A stretch of DNA of 64,000 nt. It comes from Podarcis cretensis. Taxonomy: Eukaryota. Numbering within the stretch: position 1 is the first letter of the stretch; each line of letters starts with the position of its first letter. Location: the NCBI GenBank assembly GCA_951804945.1, contig OX638162.1, forward strand, positions 37,944,001-38,008,000, in the 5' to 3' direction. Position numbers and translations under genes: made by a program. The notes beneath the pieces were generated by a model. The model had not been told where the DNA came from, searched no databases, and saw only the letters and a list, made by a program, of their open reading frames with translations. Positions 26,001-41,000 of the stretch are shown here, piece by piece.

Positions 26001-29000
26001 CGCTGGCCACGTGACCCGGAAGTGTCTCCGGACAGCGCTGGCCCCCGGCCTCTTGAGTGAGATGGGCGCACAACCCCAGAGTCTGTCAAGACTGGCCCGT
26101 ACGGGCAGGGGTACCTTTACCCTTACCTTTATGGTCAAGATGCTGCTGTGCCATAAACGTCAATATTTATCAGCTTTTAAATAATCCTTCCTTCAAAATT
26201 CATGGCAACAAACAAATAAGAAATTATACACACACAGGGAGAGAGAGAGAGAGATGTTTGTATGCAGTTAAACACTGAAGCATTATTTAAATTTGGTGGA
26301 TTGGTATTTTTTAAACTAAAATTGCTAGCAACTGATGGCCTTCACACTCTGGCAGAAGGGGTGTGGGGCAGGTCTCTCTAGGCAGGAAATTCCAAAGTCT
26401 GGGTATGCACACTCAAAAAGACCCTGCTCTAGTCCTAATCAACCATGATTTTGGAACACATAAAAATACAGTGGTACCTTGGTTTATGAACTTAATTCAT
26501 TCCAGAAGTCCGTTCTTAAACCGAAACCATTCTTAAATCAAGGCATTCTTTTCCTAATGAGGCCTCCCACTGCCGGTGCCCTTCTACCATTCGGCTTCTG
26601 TTCGTACACCAAGGTAAAGTTCGTAGACTGGGACACTACATCCGGTTTTGCAGAGTTCATAAACCGAATAGTTCATAAACAGGGCTGTTCTTAAACCAAG
26701 GTACCACTGTACCCAGCTACCTACTTGGCCATGGGTTATAACTGCAGACATCTCTGAACAGAAACACAGGGTTCAGGAGAAAGCATGAAGTCATAACAGC
26801 CTGTAGTCTGTTCCATTAGTTGTGGAGAGGAGGGAGTTCCTTGTCTGACACAGTGCTCTGTAAAGCTTCTGGAACAGGCCTCCATCGCCTTCCAGAAGAC
26901 AACTGCTTCACATCTGGTGTTTTTACCTGGCTGGAATGTGTCCTTGAAATCTCAGGATGGCTGTTGCGTGCCATGATGGAGTACAGAGAGATGTGTCAGT
27001 GTATGTAGGTACTACCCTACATTACAAAAGTAAAGCTTACATTTGTTGCCCTGAGCACACTTGCTTCTGACCCTGCCTGCCACTGGCATGTGACCCATGG
27101 AACATTTCCCAGAAGGGAGTGCAACCCTTGGGCTGAAAAAGGTTCCCCATATTTAGATACTTGAAAAAAATATTTGAGAATATCTGACAAGCTAGCTGGT
27201 GAGTGTTCTCTCTTGATGAGTGATATGCCTGCTCAGTGCTACTCCAGTGTGTGTTCCTTATTCCCAGTTGTTGTTGTTGTTGTTTAAGTAAAATTACCCT
27301 AACGAGCAAAGGAAAATGTAAAGAAATGGATAAGAGGGGGGATAAATAAGCAACCAGTATTCATTTGGTTTCATTTTGCAGTCCATGGAACCTCATGAAG
27401 ACAAAAGCTAACTACAGGCAAAATTACTAAACCATCCTTGAGTGTTGTGATTAGGAACTTTGAATCATCCTTAAACACCTCTCTATTAAAGTGACAAGTC
27501 TATGCATTTCAGACTCCCTGTAGCAGCAGAGGATGCTGCTTCCTGTTGTTCCAAGCAAATCCTGTTTCAAGTACCGTGGGGAACAAACATCCTTTTACAG
27601 CCCATATGTTGCTGTATTCATTTCCTTGTAGAATACAATCATTATGTAGGAGAATGTTTTCCAAATAGTAGCTGTCTGAAGTATGGTATCAGAGTAATAT
27701 GTCGAAGTTTTCTATTGAAATATTGATCTGATGCTTCAAACTTCTTATCCTTGTCTCTCTATATTAGTGCAGAGTGCAGAGAAGTATATATCTAGATAAG
27801 GGTTGGTGCCTTCAGTAAGCGTTTGTTGAATGCATAGTTTATTAAATGTAAATGATAGCTTTCATACTCCAATCTTGTCTATATAATAAAACAAATCCAA
27901 TATATAAGTACGGTAATAACAGTACTAGAGTATAATTTATAGACTTACTCAAATTCATGAATATGCCTTCTGGTCATAAAATGGATCTTTTAATTATGCA
28001 TCTACTTTATTTGGCTCCTTTACTTCTTTATAACTCACCCTTCTGTAAGAATAAGGAGGCTTAATGATGAAAAACAACATCAAAAACAAAAATAAAACCA
28101 CCATACAAAATACAGCAAAGCAATAACAAGCACGACATTATAGAAATGGTGTCACTCTTACTATTACCTGGCCTGCCAGAACAAATAGATTGTAAACTGC
28201 CTCTTGAATGAATTTAGTGTGGGACTATGACTGCTGTCCTTGTAGACTAAGGATTGTGAACATAATATGAGTGATGCTGAAAGAAGGAAGAGTAGCAGAA
28301 TCCCTTCCTATCTACCTGATCCCGAAACTATTCCACAGTTGGTTTGAGGCTGTCCTGAAGAACCTAACGAGCCGTGCTGGATCACACCAAAAGGCCTGTT
28401 TAGTCAAACGTCTTGTTGAAACAGGTGCTTGTGGAAAGCCTGCAAGCATACACAAGTGCAACAGCATTCTCCCCATGTGTTTTCCAGCAGCAGGTAAACA
28501 CAGTGCTAGTAGCCATTGATATACAATTGTTTTCATGTATTTGAGGATTACCCTTAAAATTATCCAAGTGTAGAGGCTAATCTTGGGGGAAAGTTACAAT
28601 TCAGATTCAAGTTCTTCAATAACTTTCAGATGGTTGCCATTCAGATCCGGTTATTTGTCAATTCTTAATTTGTCAGTAAGGCGTAGAATTTCAACTCTTG
28701 GCAGTGCTTAACACAAACTCACCAACAGCATACAATTCAATAAGGCTAACTTAACCCAACAACTCCCCCCACAATGCACAAACAAATCTCACTGCAGCCA
28801 ACCAAAGACAATCAACAACACCCTAGACCACTCCGACCTCTCTCACCACTAAGGAAACATAACAAGCGAATAGAAAGAGAACCTACCCAAGTGACACTGA
28901 CACAAAACCCCCACACATACACTAAAAGAACATAAGCTTTACCACCACCCCCTCTCTTCTGCCCTCCCTTTTCTTCCCAACCCTATACTGCATATAACAC

Positions 29001-32000
29001 CAATGTCTCAAAATAAATGTAACTGATCTGTAGAAAGAAACAATACATATGCTTTTATAAACGAGGAAAATCTTTAATAATTTTTTTTTAAAAAAAAAAA
29101 AACATTGGCAATGCTATTTTCCTCAGTTCCTCCGAATTGCTCCCTGATAAATTTAATTCTGGTGCTGGGATCTGCTCTACATCTTATGCTGTAAAGGCAG
29201 ATGCAAAGAATCTGTTCATGGCAATCCTCTTTTCCTCCTTTAGCATACCTTTGACTACTTATTTGTCCAATCAGCTTCCATGCTTCTAATGTATTTAAAG
29301 TTAGTGTTATTTGCTCTTTGTTTTTAGTGATGTGCATCTCAGTTTCTTTTTTTTGCACCCCTTATTGCATTTGCTTGCGTTTCTTTTGCCAAAATTTGTC
29401 TTCCTTTTTGCTCTCCTCATTTTCTTGTCTCTCATAGCTTCCTTGCCTCTACTTGTTAACCATTCTGGCATCCTCTTGGCTCTGGTTGTACCCTTTCCAT
29501 CAGCAGGTATAAGGGAAGAAATAAGAACCACAAAAATGAACATGGTATGAGTTTGTATTACCTCTTGTAAAATTTGGTGGTGGATAAACACGAAAATCAT
29601 TGCTAATACTGTACTCGAGTCGCTAGAAACACTTCTATTTAGAACTAGATGAAATTATCAAACAAAGACAAGGCACCTTATATCATAACACCAGACTAGC
29701 CACCTTATCGGTACACAACTAAGGATCATAGTTGCAAAGTTGAGTAGCTTAGATTTCAAATTCTTTATGTATAGATCCAAAGCACTAGATATACTTCAGC
29801 CAATAAATACCAGGAAAAATAATGATATTAACACGGTGGTTTTTTTTGGGGGGGGTGGGTGATGGTGGCTATCACTGTATCATATGAGCCTCTGGTCTGA
29901 TCTAGCAAGCTGTTCCCATATTGTACCAGCATGGCATGTGGCATGTGACTCTGATGTGAGTGTACATTAGTTATATGCCCCACCTTTCACCTTAAGAAGC
30001 TCAAAGTGGTGTGCATAACAGTTATCTGTGCAACAGTTGATGCAATACAACAGTTCAAGAAAGTTAATGAGAGTAGAAAAGCTGACCTAGCAGGCAAAGG
30101 GTTGGGCTAGAATGTATTTGCATGGAGTGCTTTATGTGAGTATCATTCAAAAATGTTTATTCCTCTATCTGTAGTCTGAAATAGTAATCTATTCTAGACT
30201 TCATTCCAATCTAATTCTTCTGCATGGGTAGATCCACTTAAACACCTATCTGTTAGCCTGTGCTTATTTAACTTTATACTGTGAGATTTGTAGACCTAGT
30301 AGTCAACATACTCTTGCACTTGATCTGCTTTTTCTCCACTCTTTCCCGCCTCCCGGTTCATAGTCATATACTATCCAACTTGTGGATCACAATGCAATTG
30401 TTGTTTGTTTTTTTATTTATTTAAATGATTTATAAGCTGCCCTTCATAAAGTAAACAATCTCAGGGCAGGGTACATTGAAACTAATGAAACATATTCTGA
30501 GATAAAACATGTTTTCTCCGTCCAGCCATTTGCCTTTTTTCATTTCTATAACTGCAAGGTGGTTGTCTGTGGGCATTCCACATATATAGTGATAACTGAA
30601 ACTTCCCTTAGGCTGTATCTTCAGGTTTCTGATGAGTGAATGTGTGTGTGTCAAGTGATAAGGAAATACTGACAGCTGTTTCTGTACGTCACTTGGGTCA
30701 GCTGGTTTGTATGATCTTACATGTTGGTGGTTTATATAACCAAATTTTAGAGATGAGGAAAACAAAGTTAACAAATTGCCTACTATTGTTCTTGTCTCAC
30801 ATTTAAGTGGCTTTAAAATAAATGAATATTTAATGTAATTTTGTTGCTTTTGTTATCTACTCATGCTGGCTTATGTTATGGTAGACTGAAAAGGTACCTT
30901 TCTGAAATACTCATGCTGCCTGAGAGCCAGTGTGGTGTAGTGGTTAAGATCGGTAGATTCGTAATCTGGGAAACCGGGTTCGCGTCTCTGCTCCTCCACA
31001 TGCAGCTGCTGGGTGACCCTGGGCTAGTAACACTTCTCTGAAGTCTCTCAGCCCCACTCACCTCACAGAGTGTTTGTTGTGGGGAAGGAAGGGAAAGGAG
31101 AATGTTAGCCGCTTTGAGACTCCTTCGGGTAGTATAAAGCGGGATATCGAATCCAAACTCTTCTTCTCTTCTTCTTAAGTCCACATTGTGTCTAAGGGAA
31201 GGCACATATGTTAAATTTGTGTTAACACATATGTATGCTTCTTGGGAAACAGGGATTGCCTGCAGCTGCTTGTCAAGCTTGTAGTCAGTGGCAAATGTAA
31301 GTTTGCTGCCATGTAATGTATGCATTGACTTATGTGGCTGTTTTTGTAAGAATATATTTAAGGAACTTAAAGTACAGTAGCTTATAACCACTTATGTTGA
31401 TGTGTTGTTCAGAACTTTGTGTATTCAGGTATATGGCCCACAACAAATACAGTGCTGTGGTCTCTAAAATACCTAAAATGGGTCAAAGAAACATCAACTT
31501 GCTTAGAGGACTCTTCAGCAAATATTCTGTTACTTCTCCTGTGCCTTATGCAAATCTACAGATTGCTGACATCCTAAGCATTCACATCTACCAATGTTGT
31601 TTTGTAAGGTCGTCGATATTTCAGTGAGCTCTAGTTATCGCCAAACTATATCTTCTTATGAAGTGAAGCTGTGGTCCATCAGCTGTTGCTTCCTCCTCCT
31701 CTTACAATACAAAACAAACCATTATATGAAAGTAAAGCTGCTGTTAATGTCCCTGTGATGACAGGATTTATTGTGAAGCAAGAATCCTAGTGCATTAGCA
31801 CTTTTCTCTAGAGGCTGTTGTGGATGAGCCTCTTGGCTTATTCTCTGCCATCTGCAAGTCCCAAATTCAATCCCAGATCTGCCTCCAGGGTCCTGGAACA
31901 GTGCACCTTCTGGTCTGATTATGTCTGGTATTTGAACAGCAATCTGCTGATTTTAAAAAGCCAGTTATACTTGCATTTATTTTAAAAATGTACTTACTGA

Positions 32001-35000
32001 TTTATTTGTGTCTACCTAAATGACTAATTCAAAAGAACTAATTCTAATAGTCTTTTCATAACTCCTGGTGGTGTATCTTGTTGTAGGGGCTTTGTCAGAC
32101 AATGTCACAAGTCTACCCTTGTTACTGGAAATGCACATTTTCATTATCTAAAATGCTCTTAGTAGGGTTTTTTGTTTGTAATTATGGGGTATGACTACTT
32201 TAATACTTTAACAATCACAACATCTGCTAGTGAAAATAAGATTACAAATAAATGTAAACACCCCAAACTACCAGCAAATAAAGTACTAGGCCCCAGTGAC
32301 TTTCCCTAATAGAAAACTCTTGTAGCCCCTTCTGGAAGCTATCGGAAAGGTGTTCTGGCAGATCTTTGGGAAGTCATTTAACAGCCCCAAGGATGAAATA
32401 ACTCATCCAATGATGGGACCTGAAACAAGGCACTAAATTCTGATTTTAATTATATAGGAGGCTGGTACTTACAGGGAGAAGCAGTCCCATACATCTTTCT
32501 TCTATGGTGATCACTCATAGCCAAGTAAGATTGTCTTCCATGAAAACAGTCTTAACACTGAGTCCGTAAGTGACTGTGGAAGCCAATTCTGATAATAATT
32601 ACTTTTCAATTACAATCCAAAAATAACCTCATTATAACAATGCCAATTTATAATAGAATTACTAATACCAATCGTTCAAATACTGAATTATATACCGTGG
32701 TACCTTGGGTTAAGAACTTAATTCGTTCTGGAGGTCCGTTCTTAACCGGAAACTGTTCTTAACCTGAAGCACCACTTTAGCTAATGGGGCCTCCCGCTGC
32801 TGCTGCTGCCGCTGCCGCCGCACAATTTCTGTTCTCATCCTGAAGCAAACTTCTTAACCCGAGGTAATATTTCTGGGTTAGCGGAGTCTGTAACCTGAAG
32901 CGTATGTAACCCGAGGTACCACTGTAATTTAGATAAGGTGGTTTGATGGTTTTCTTTATTTCTGCGTTCCAAAATCTTGTTGTTGTTTAGTCGTTTAGCA
33001 CGCCAGGAACTCCTGTCTGATTTCCTTAAGAATGGATAGGTTTGATCCCACTGTGAATGGTTCATTTTGAGAGCCATTGTAAGCAGTCCCATAAATATGT
33101 GGGTCCAAGGGTATGAAGAGTTAGATTCTAACAATCAGCTGCTTGTCAGGGCTTGCAGGGGTGAAAACAAGTCACCTGATGTCATTGTGACCTGCAAGCG
33201 GGGAGGGACTTTGAACTGATCCCAGAAGCTGGTATTCAGGATAATCATAGTGGGGTTGGTTGCATATGCTCCTGCCACTCTCCATGCTCTAGGAGATGTA
33301 CATTTTGTACTAGCTGAAGTTTCTAAGCTGTCTTAAAGGCAGCCCATGTGGAACACATTACCATAATTCAGAGCTTTCCAAACTGTGTGTCGTGACACAT
33401 TAGTGTGTTGGCTGCAGTGTCTGGGTGTGCCGTGCAATATGTGACCATATATCTTATAAGGGGTTGGTTTTACCTCTGGTTTGCTAGTAAAACTGAATTA
33501 CTGTGTTGCAAAATGATGCATATCTAAAATGTGTGTCACCAACATGAGAAGTTTGGAAAGCTCTGCCATAGTTGGTCTAAGAAGTTAGAAGAATTGGAGT
33601 TTGGGGAAAGTTATTCCTTCTTCAATAATGGAGTGTAGTCTACAGCTGTTACCAGTTCTAGTCACAGGCATCTTCTGCCTCTACTTCAGGGGTGTCTTAT
33701 AGTCCAACAGGGAATACAGGCAATGAAACAGTTCTAATGAGCTAATACCAGGTCTATCATTCTCTTGCTGAATCACTGTTTACTGTCTTTGGTTTTTTAT
33801 ATTGTGTATAAACTCCTTTAGCCTTCACAAGACAGCATAATAGCTGGATCTATTATTTTCCCAATGTGGGAGCTTCCTGTGCAAATAGTGCCTCTCTTTT
33901 GCCTCATATGTAATGCAGCCTTTGAAACACAGTGTTGTTAATTGTCAACAGATTGAGCAAAGTACAATGTAAACAGATCATAAGTACAACTTTGAGATGG
34001 GCAGCTGCAGGTGACCATTTTCATTTTTCCTTATATAGATACAACTGAAAGCTTGCCAAGAATTGAGATTATTACTTGACTACAGCAAACATAGGTGTAG
34101 GGCCTGGTAAATACAATAACTTTAAGAGTTGCTGGGTGTATTTGCGCATGAACAGATTCACAACATTGTGCTTATGACTTTTGCTTTAGTTGTGCTAAAA
34201 CTTGGTAAATAACAATACGTATAAAGAGCTTAAAGGGCCCCAAAGTCTTAATAAACTAACTCCTCTTTAATTGCAAATTCAGTATGACTAGAGAAGCAGA
34301 GTTGGAATGTGGGCTAAGCTGAAAACAGCTCAGACCGGTTTTCTGTGCCTTGCCAATGCAGCAGTTCCAGCAGGATATGGACAACATCATTGGTGTTCAG
34401 TGCAGTGCCTGCATTCCTACCTTGCCCTCTAGATATGTAGTTACCAAACAGAGTTTCATACTTGGTAGATAACTAAGGCCCAATTCTGACTTTAATTTCT
34501 TGGTATCCTTTTGGGACAGACATAGAGAAACAGAGAATTGCTACAGGCATGAGAGCTCCTCATGCTCCAGCAGTGATTAGACACACAAATCTTGGTCCAC
34601 TAGATTCAGAACAGGCAAAAAAAAAAGTGTGAAATAACACATTCACTACTATAGGATGTTTTGATGGCCACTAACTTGAATCCTTATTTAAAGGGTTATA
34701 AACAAATGATTGAGGAGACCTTTGTTGACAACTTTTAACCATGATCATTAAATGATACTTGCATGTTCATAGACAATATTCCACTGAAAACTAATTGCTT
34801 GAATGGGAAGGGATAACTGCTTTCAAGTCCTGATTGATGGATTTCCAGCGGCATCTGGCCATTGTCAGCACAGTGAAATCCATTAAACTTCATTACTGGA
34901 TGGGCCCCATTATATTACTGAATCAGGCACCCTGCTGGAGGGTGTAAAGCCAGGGCCGCCATGCTACAGGCACAGGGCTCTGCTCCTTGCCAGCTTTCTA

Positions 35001-38000
35001 CCATGTGCACACGAAACCACAACTGCAGACCATCGTCTGCCTTCCAACTTAGAGAACCCCTTCCACAATCAACCATGGAACGCGGTGCCTCATGGTTATT
35101 GTCATCTTAGCATGGCAGCTGAATATGAGCTGTAGGAGTGGAGACAGCAGTGACACCTGCTGGACCCTAGACTCCCCATTCAGTGAAGGCTCAAATCCAG
35201 CAGGAAGAAATCCAGCAGATGATGCTCTTGTGATCATGACTTATAAACAAGGATGTTGCAATAATGTTTAGCGGAGGAGTTTGATGGGGATGCCCAGAGT
35301 GCTGTCTTACAGTGTGACCTGAAACACCTGTGCTATGTTTGTCTTCCTGACTGAGAACATGGAAAACTACACCTGCAGCAAGTGCAAACTGGTTGCCTTG
35401 CTGGAAGAGAAGATAGAGCAACTTGAGGCCCTCCTATCCACACTTCATTCTATCGGGCAAGATGAAGAAATTCTTGCTAGATCAGAGTGTACTGTCCTGG
35501 AACAGAGATGCAGGTAGAGTGCCCTTAGGGGGGAGGAAGATCTCCCAATGCAGGAGAACAAACCCCAGGAGGAACAAAAAAGCAGGACTGTCGGGAGCTA
35601 TGCCATGTCAAGGGTCGGGAAAGGGTTCCTTATGAGGAACTGTTGAGGAAGTTGGGTATGTTTAGCCTGGGAAAGAGGAGACTGAAAGAAGATATGATAG
35701 CCATCTTCAAATATCTAAAGAGCTGTTACATGGAAGATGGAGCAAGCTTGTTTTCTTCTGCTCCAGAGGCTAGGTCCCTAATCAATGGCTTCAAGTTACA
35801 AGAAAGGAGATTCTGACTAAACCTAAGTAAGAACTAAGGGTTGTTTGACAGTGGAGCAGACTCCCTCGGTAGGTGGTGGATTCTCCTTCCTTGGAGGTTT
35901 TTAAGTAGAGGTTGGATGACCGTCATGCATATTTAGTTCGAGATTCCTGCATTGCAGGCGGTTAGACTAGATGACATTCAGGCTCTCTTCCAACTCTACA
36001 ATGATATGATTCTATTATTATGGTTTAGCATTATAATAAAAACTTAATATTTTTCAAGGCCAGGGTTCAAATCCCTACCCATTGGATGACCTCGGGCTAG
36101 TTACTGTTTCAGCCAAACCTACCTCACAGGATTGTTGTGAGAATGGAATTGGGAGGGGGAGAACCATGTACACCATCTTTTGTTCCTTGGAGGAAAAGAA
36201 GAATATAGATGTAAGAAATAAACATTTGCAACCATAGCTTACAAAGAAATATGTTTTTCCATTTGTCTCTGTTGGTAGTTAACAACTTATCAGGCCCAGG
36301 GCTTTTTCATTTAGCACAACCTGCAACATTAAAACAACTTTTATCATACTATTATATCTATTATATCTTGTTAGTCTCTTTCTCTGTGCCTTGTTTTGTG
36401 CTCTCTCCTAATTTTTTGTCTTTTACTCTCTCTCCCCTTCTACCCATCTCTTAAATGATCGTGGATCTGCTGGAGTGACCCATATTCGGATGGAGCAAAG
36501 CCCCGTTGTGTCTTCCACATAGCTAGACGCATTAAACCACATTTGTGTAATTTCCTGCCACTGAATTGAGCCTGGCATGTCAGACATGAAGCCAATTTGG
36601 CCAAGTGGGTGGAGAGCTGGACTAGAACCTGGGAGACCAGAATTCAAATTCCGACTCCATCATGAAGCTCAGCCTAGCCTACAAGGTTGTTGGGTTGAAA
36701 CTGAGAATGGGGGAACAGTATATGTTGCCTAAAGCCTCATTGAAGGAAAAGTGGGATATAAATGTAATAGTAAATAAATGGTAAACTTTTTTGTTTTCAT
36801 GCCTGAGACTGCAACATTTTCAGGCATTTTATAGGCTACAATTGCGTGGCATTTTATCTTAGAGTGTCATGTTGGGTAGACCTGCTATAAGCAATAGAAT
36901 CAAACTGGTTTGTACATTGTCTACCAACAGAGCATATCCATGTGACTGAATGCTTGAAATTCAGTTTTTAATTTCATAGTTTGATCCAATGGTCTTTCTC
37001 ACCGAAAACTCTTTAATTTGTAAATTCATAATGTCCAGCCCAGGGATATGTGACTGGCACATAAACCAGAAACGGAGTAAATAACAAATTAAAAATGTAG
37101 CAGTATAGTGAAATAAAGTAACACAACTCCTAATAAGATCAATCAACAGACTGGTGCTTCTCAGTATGCATATAAAAATATGGATATTCACAGTTTGTTT
37201 GCTGAAGAAAACACCAACATTTCCCTACAACAGTTGTAAAGATGGGAGTTTAAGGGGAGGCAGTTAAAGCACTCAGGTATTTAAAGGCTGACTTTCAGCA
37301 GTATCCCAAAAGCCTCTGTGCAATAGTGCCACCCAGTGGCACAAACATGTCAGTTTCTGCCTTATTCATTTGAAAGTTTGTTCCGTGTTATGTAACATAC
37401 ATGGTTGGGACAGTTGAGCTGTGCTCCACCTCATGAACTTGTCTGAACAAGCCTGATGATTTCAAAAGTGAAATACTTGCTGCTGAAATGAGTTCCTTTT
37501 TGTGATACGATTCCTTATGAGACATTGTAATCAACTGTTTATAAAAGCTGCAAAGTGTGAGTGTTCTGGAATGCAAAGCATAAGCATAGGCTGGTTGCAT
37601 CATTGACCCTGAAGGAAATATGTCTAGTGTAACTGTGAAGGAGTTGCACTGACGGCCTTAATATTTTAAGATCAAGTAGTGATGCTGCTGCCAGCCTGAG
37701 ATTTGGATTATGGAAGCGTTGCATTCATGGACAGTCCAGCACTGTGAAGATTTACCTAAATAAGAAGGAAAGCCTTTCACACTGACTGGAACCTTTCCTT
37801 ATATTTGCATAGGGTCAAACTATAAATTATGTTAATTGTATCATTGCAATTCTCATCTACTTTTTCACATTTAAAGAGAAGATGCAAGGGGGTGGGGTTG
37901 GAACCATGGCACACAATGAGGGGATTTAGCTCTTCCCCTCATACCCCAAGGTATTGATTTCCCCAAGCTGCTAATAGGTTTGGAGAAAGGAAGCTTCATT

Positions 38001-41000
38001 TGGCACTAAAGGAAAGCTTTCACAATTAGCATCATGTCTGGCTTGGCCAATGATATCACTATGAATTAAGTCCGGCCCAAATAGTGACTGAAATACCATG
38101 AATTAAAAAGCAGCCAACCTGAAGGCCTAAAACTATTCCTTCCTAGGAAACTGAAATATTTGTTCAGCTTTGGGCTGGGCAGCTGCTTAGGAATTGGCAA
38201 TAAATATTTTCTCTCTCTGCCAGGGCAAAGAACTGTGCTACCTTTCTATTGGTACATAAGGTAGCTACAGCAATGTATCTTCCAACGTGGGGGAGGTTGA
38301 ATAAGGTTGCCCCATTTTTGTGACTTGTTGGGTTACTTCTGGGTTTGGGCCGGTGCTTGTATGTGTGGTTGCACACATATTGAAGCGTAATCAGTTGCTA
38401 CCTGTATATTAAAAGCAGCTTTAAAGTGTACAATTACAAAAATAACAGAGTGGGCCCTGAAGATATACCGTACTTTTCCGTGTATAAGGCGGGTATTTTT
38501 AATGGAAAATTATGTTTAAAATAGGGGGTCGTCTTATACATGGGTAGTGCCCGGGGGGACATGGGATTGGTTGATGGCGCGAGCCAGAGATGGTCTGCAG
38601 AGTGTTATTGGTGTCTGCAGCAAGGGATGTTGTTGAGTGGGTGTCGCTGTGGCAATTGGGCAGGCAATAGGCTGCTTCTGCTGGTGAGGGGACAGACGCT
38701 AGGAGGCTGTTGCAACATGTGCAAGTGTTAGCATCGGCCATGTGGGTGAGTGATTTTTGGCAACACCTCCCCTAAAAAAAGCTCAAGAACTCTCTGCAAT
38801 CCTCCACAAAGAAGCTCCACAACTCTGGGCAATCTCCCCCCATTTTCTTAATTTTTAGTCCCCCAAAATTGGGGTCATCTTATACATGGGGGCATGTTAT
38901 ACACGGAAAAGTACGGTACATCTCAGATTGAGCCTGAGGATTTCTAATCAATGGCTATAAGTTGCTTTTTTTCTATAAACAAAAGTAGTCATGTTGTCTT
39001 GTCAAACAGGGTTTTAATAGAAATGACAACATAAAACAAAATCTTTATTTTACATTCTAAGAATATATGGGAACTACTGTAAGTCGTGTGAGAGTTTGCC
39101 AATGCAGGTGTGCAACTTAAAGGCTATTCTTTGGAAATAAATGTTTTAACATGTTTATTGGGGGATACTTTGGTAGGCTAAGTGCCCAGAATGTTCCAGA
39201 AGCATAGACTGTTCCTGGGCTGAACAGGAAGCAAATTTTCATTAACAGTTGGCAATCTGTAACTCAGGGTTGGCAGCCTGTGGCTAGATGACGACATGTG
39301 CCCTTAGCCTACTTTCATGTGACTGGAGCAGTGGGGAAGGGGATTATCAAAAGAGAAATGGCCTTGCCTACTTTCAGCTGTGGTTCCATCCACCACTGGC
39401 TTGTGTCCATCAACAGATTGCCTCCATTGGAGTGCAGTCCCCACCCTTGTTATAACTTATTTTGAGATCTGAGCTAGCTGTAGATACTAGATCAGGGGTA
39501 GCCAACATGGTGTTTCCCCAGATATTGTTTGACCTCATCTCCAGCCAGTGTAAGCTATGGTCAGGGAAGATGGGAGGTGTGGTTCCACTGCAGCTGGAGG
39601 GCACTACACTGGTAACTTGCGCACTAGATAGTTGGAGGATATTAAAATAGGAGTGTGTTGCCAACTATACTGGCGAGACACAGGACAGAGTTTTCTGGAG
39701 TTAGGGCTGCATCCCAGTAGTACTTGGTTGGCTGGCATCCATCTGTCTCTAGACAATGGATCAAGTTAAAGAAATCATATGTAAAAAATAGTTTTTGAAG
39801 CAAGCTGTTGAAAAGTTTACTATATATTTCAAAGTCAGACTTCTTATACTTAAAGTCTTCAGTTCTTATGCGACCTGATAGGTTTGAAAGCATGTGTCCC
39901 TGGAAACAGTGAATCAGATGGGATTTCTTTCTTAAATTAAAGGAAGTGGTGCTTGATCTCATGTGGGGCAGGACCAATTGCCAGCAGTCAGCTTCCTGTT
40001 TGAAGTTTGTTAACAATGGACTAATTAATATGCAGCTTAAATCATTGGGAGGAACAGGAAGAAAAGTGACCAGCTGAGACCTTATTAGTGCAATATCCAG
40101 GTCTCCAAGGATATTGACACAGATGTGTGGCAGGGAAATGAAATCTCTGTGTCAACACAATTGAATATGTATGAAGTATTTTGGTATACTTGCTAATAAC
40201 AAAGCTGCCTAGTTAGAAATAGAACTCATTGACCTGGCATTTGACATGCCAATAGTGCTGTCAAGTTATTGTTAAGATGGCAGCAACATGACTATATAGT
40301 ATGAATTGTTTTTGAGAGTTGATTGCTACCTTTTGATGGTGGATATGGCTGTGGCGGGAAGGTAAATAGCATTTCCATGCGCTCCGGCACTCGTCACGGT
40401 GTCCTGTTGTGCCAGAAGTAGTTTAGTCATGCTGGCCATGTGACCCGGAAAGCTGTCTGTAGACAAACACTGGCTTCCTCAGCCTGAAAAGAGAGATGAG
40501 CACTGCACCCCATAATCACCTTTGACTGGACTTAACCATTCAGGGATCCTTACCTTTACCTTATGATTGTATGTCCTTTTGCTTGCATACCAAAACTGTA
40601 ATGCAAAGCTGTAATGTGCAGATCTTGGCCACAATCAGATGCATCCTCTGAAATTAAGCTTCAAAATGCAGATATCAGACTCTGTTGAGGTGCATGTCCC
40701 AATGATCCACCAACAGGTTCTCTGGTCAGTTGCCGCTGCTAGCTAAAAATCTAAATTTTTTTGGGTAGCATTCAACTAATGAGTAGACCCACTGAAATGA
40801 ATGAACATGATTGAGTTAGGTCCATTAATTTCAGTGGGTCTAGTCTGAATGTAACATACCTGAATGCCACTCCTGGCCTTCACATTTCAGTAATAATACC
40901 TAGACAAAATACACTGTACTCAAAAGTGAGGGTACAAATCTTAAGTGGATGAATTCAACATCAAGTTGAGGGGGGAAATGTAAACAATTGGTAGGGTGTT

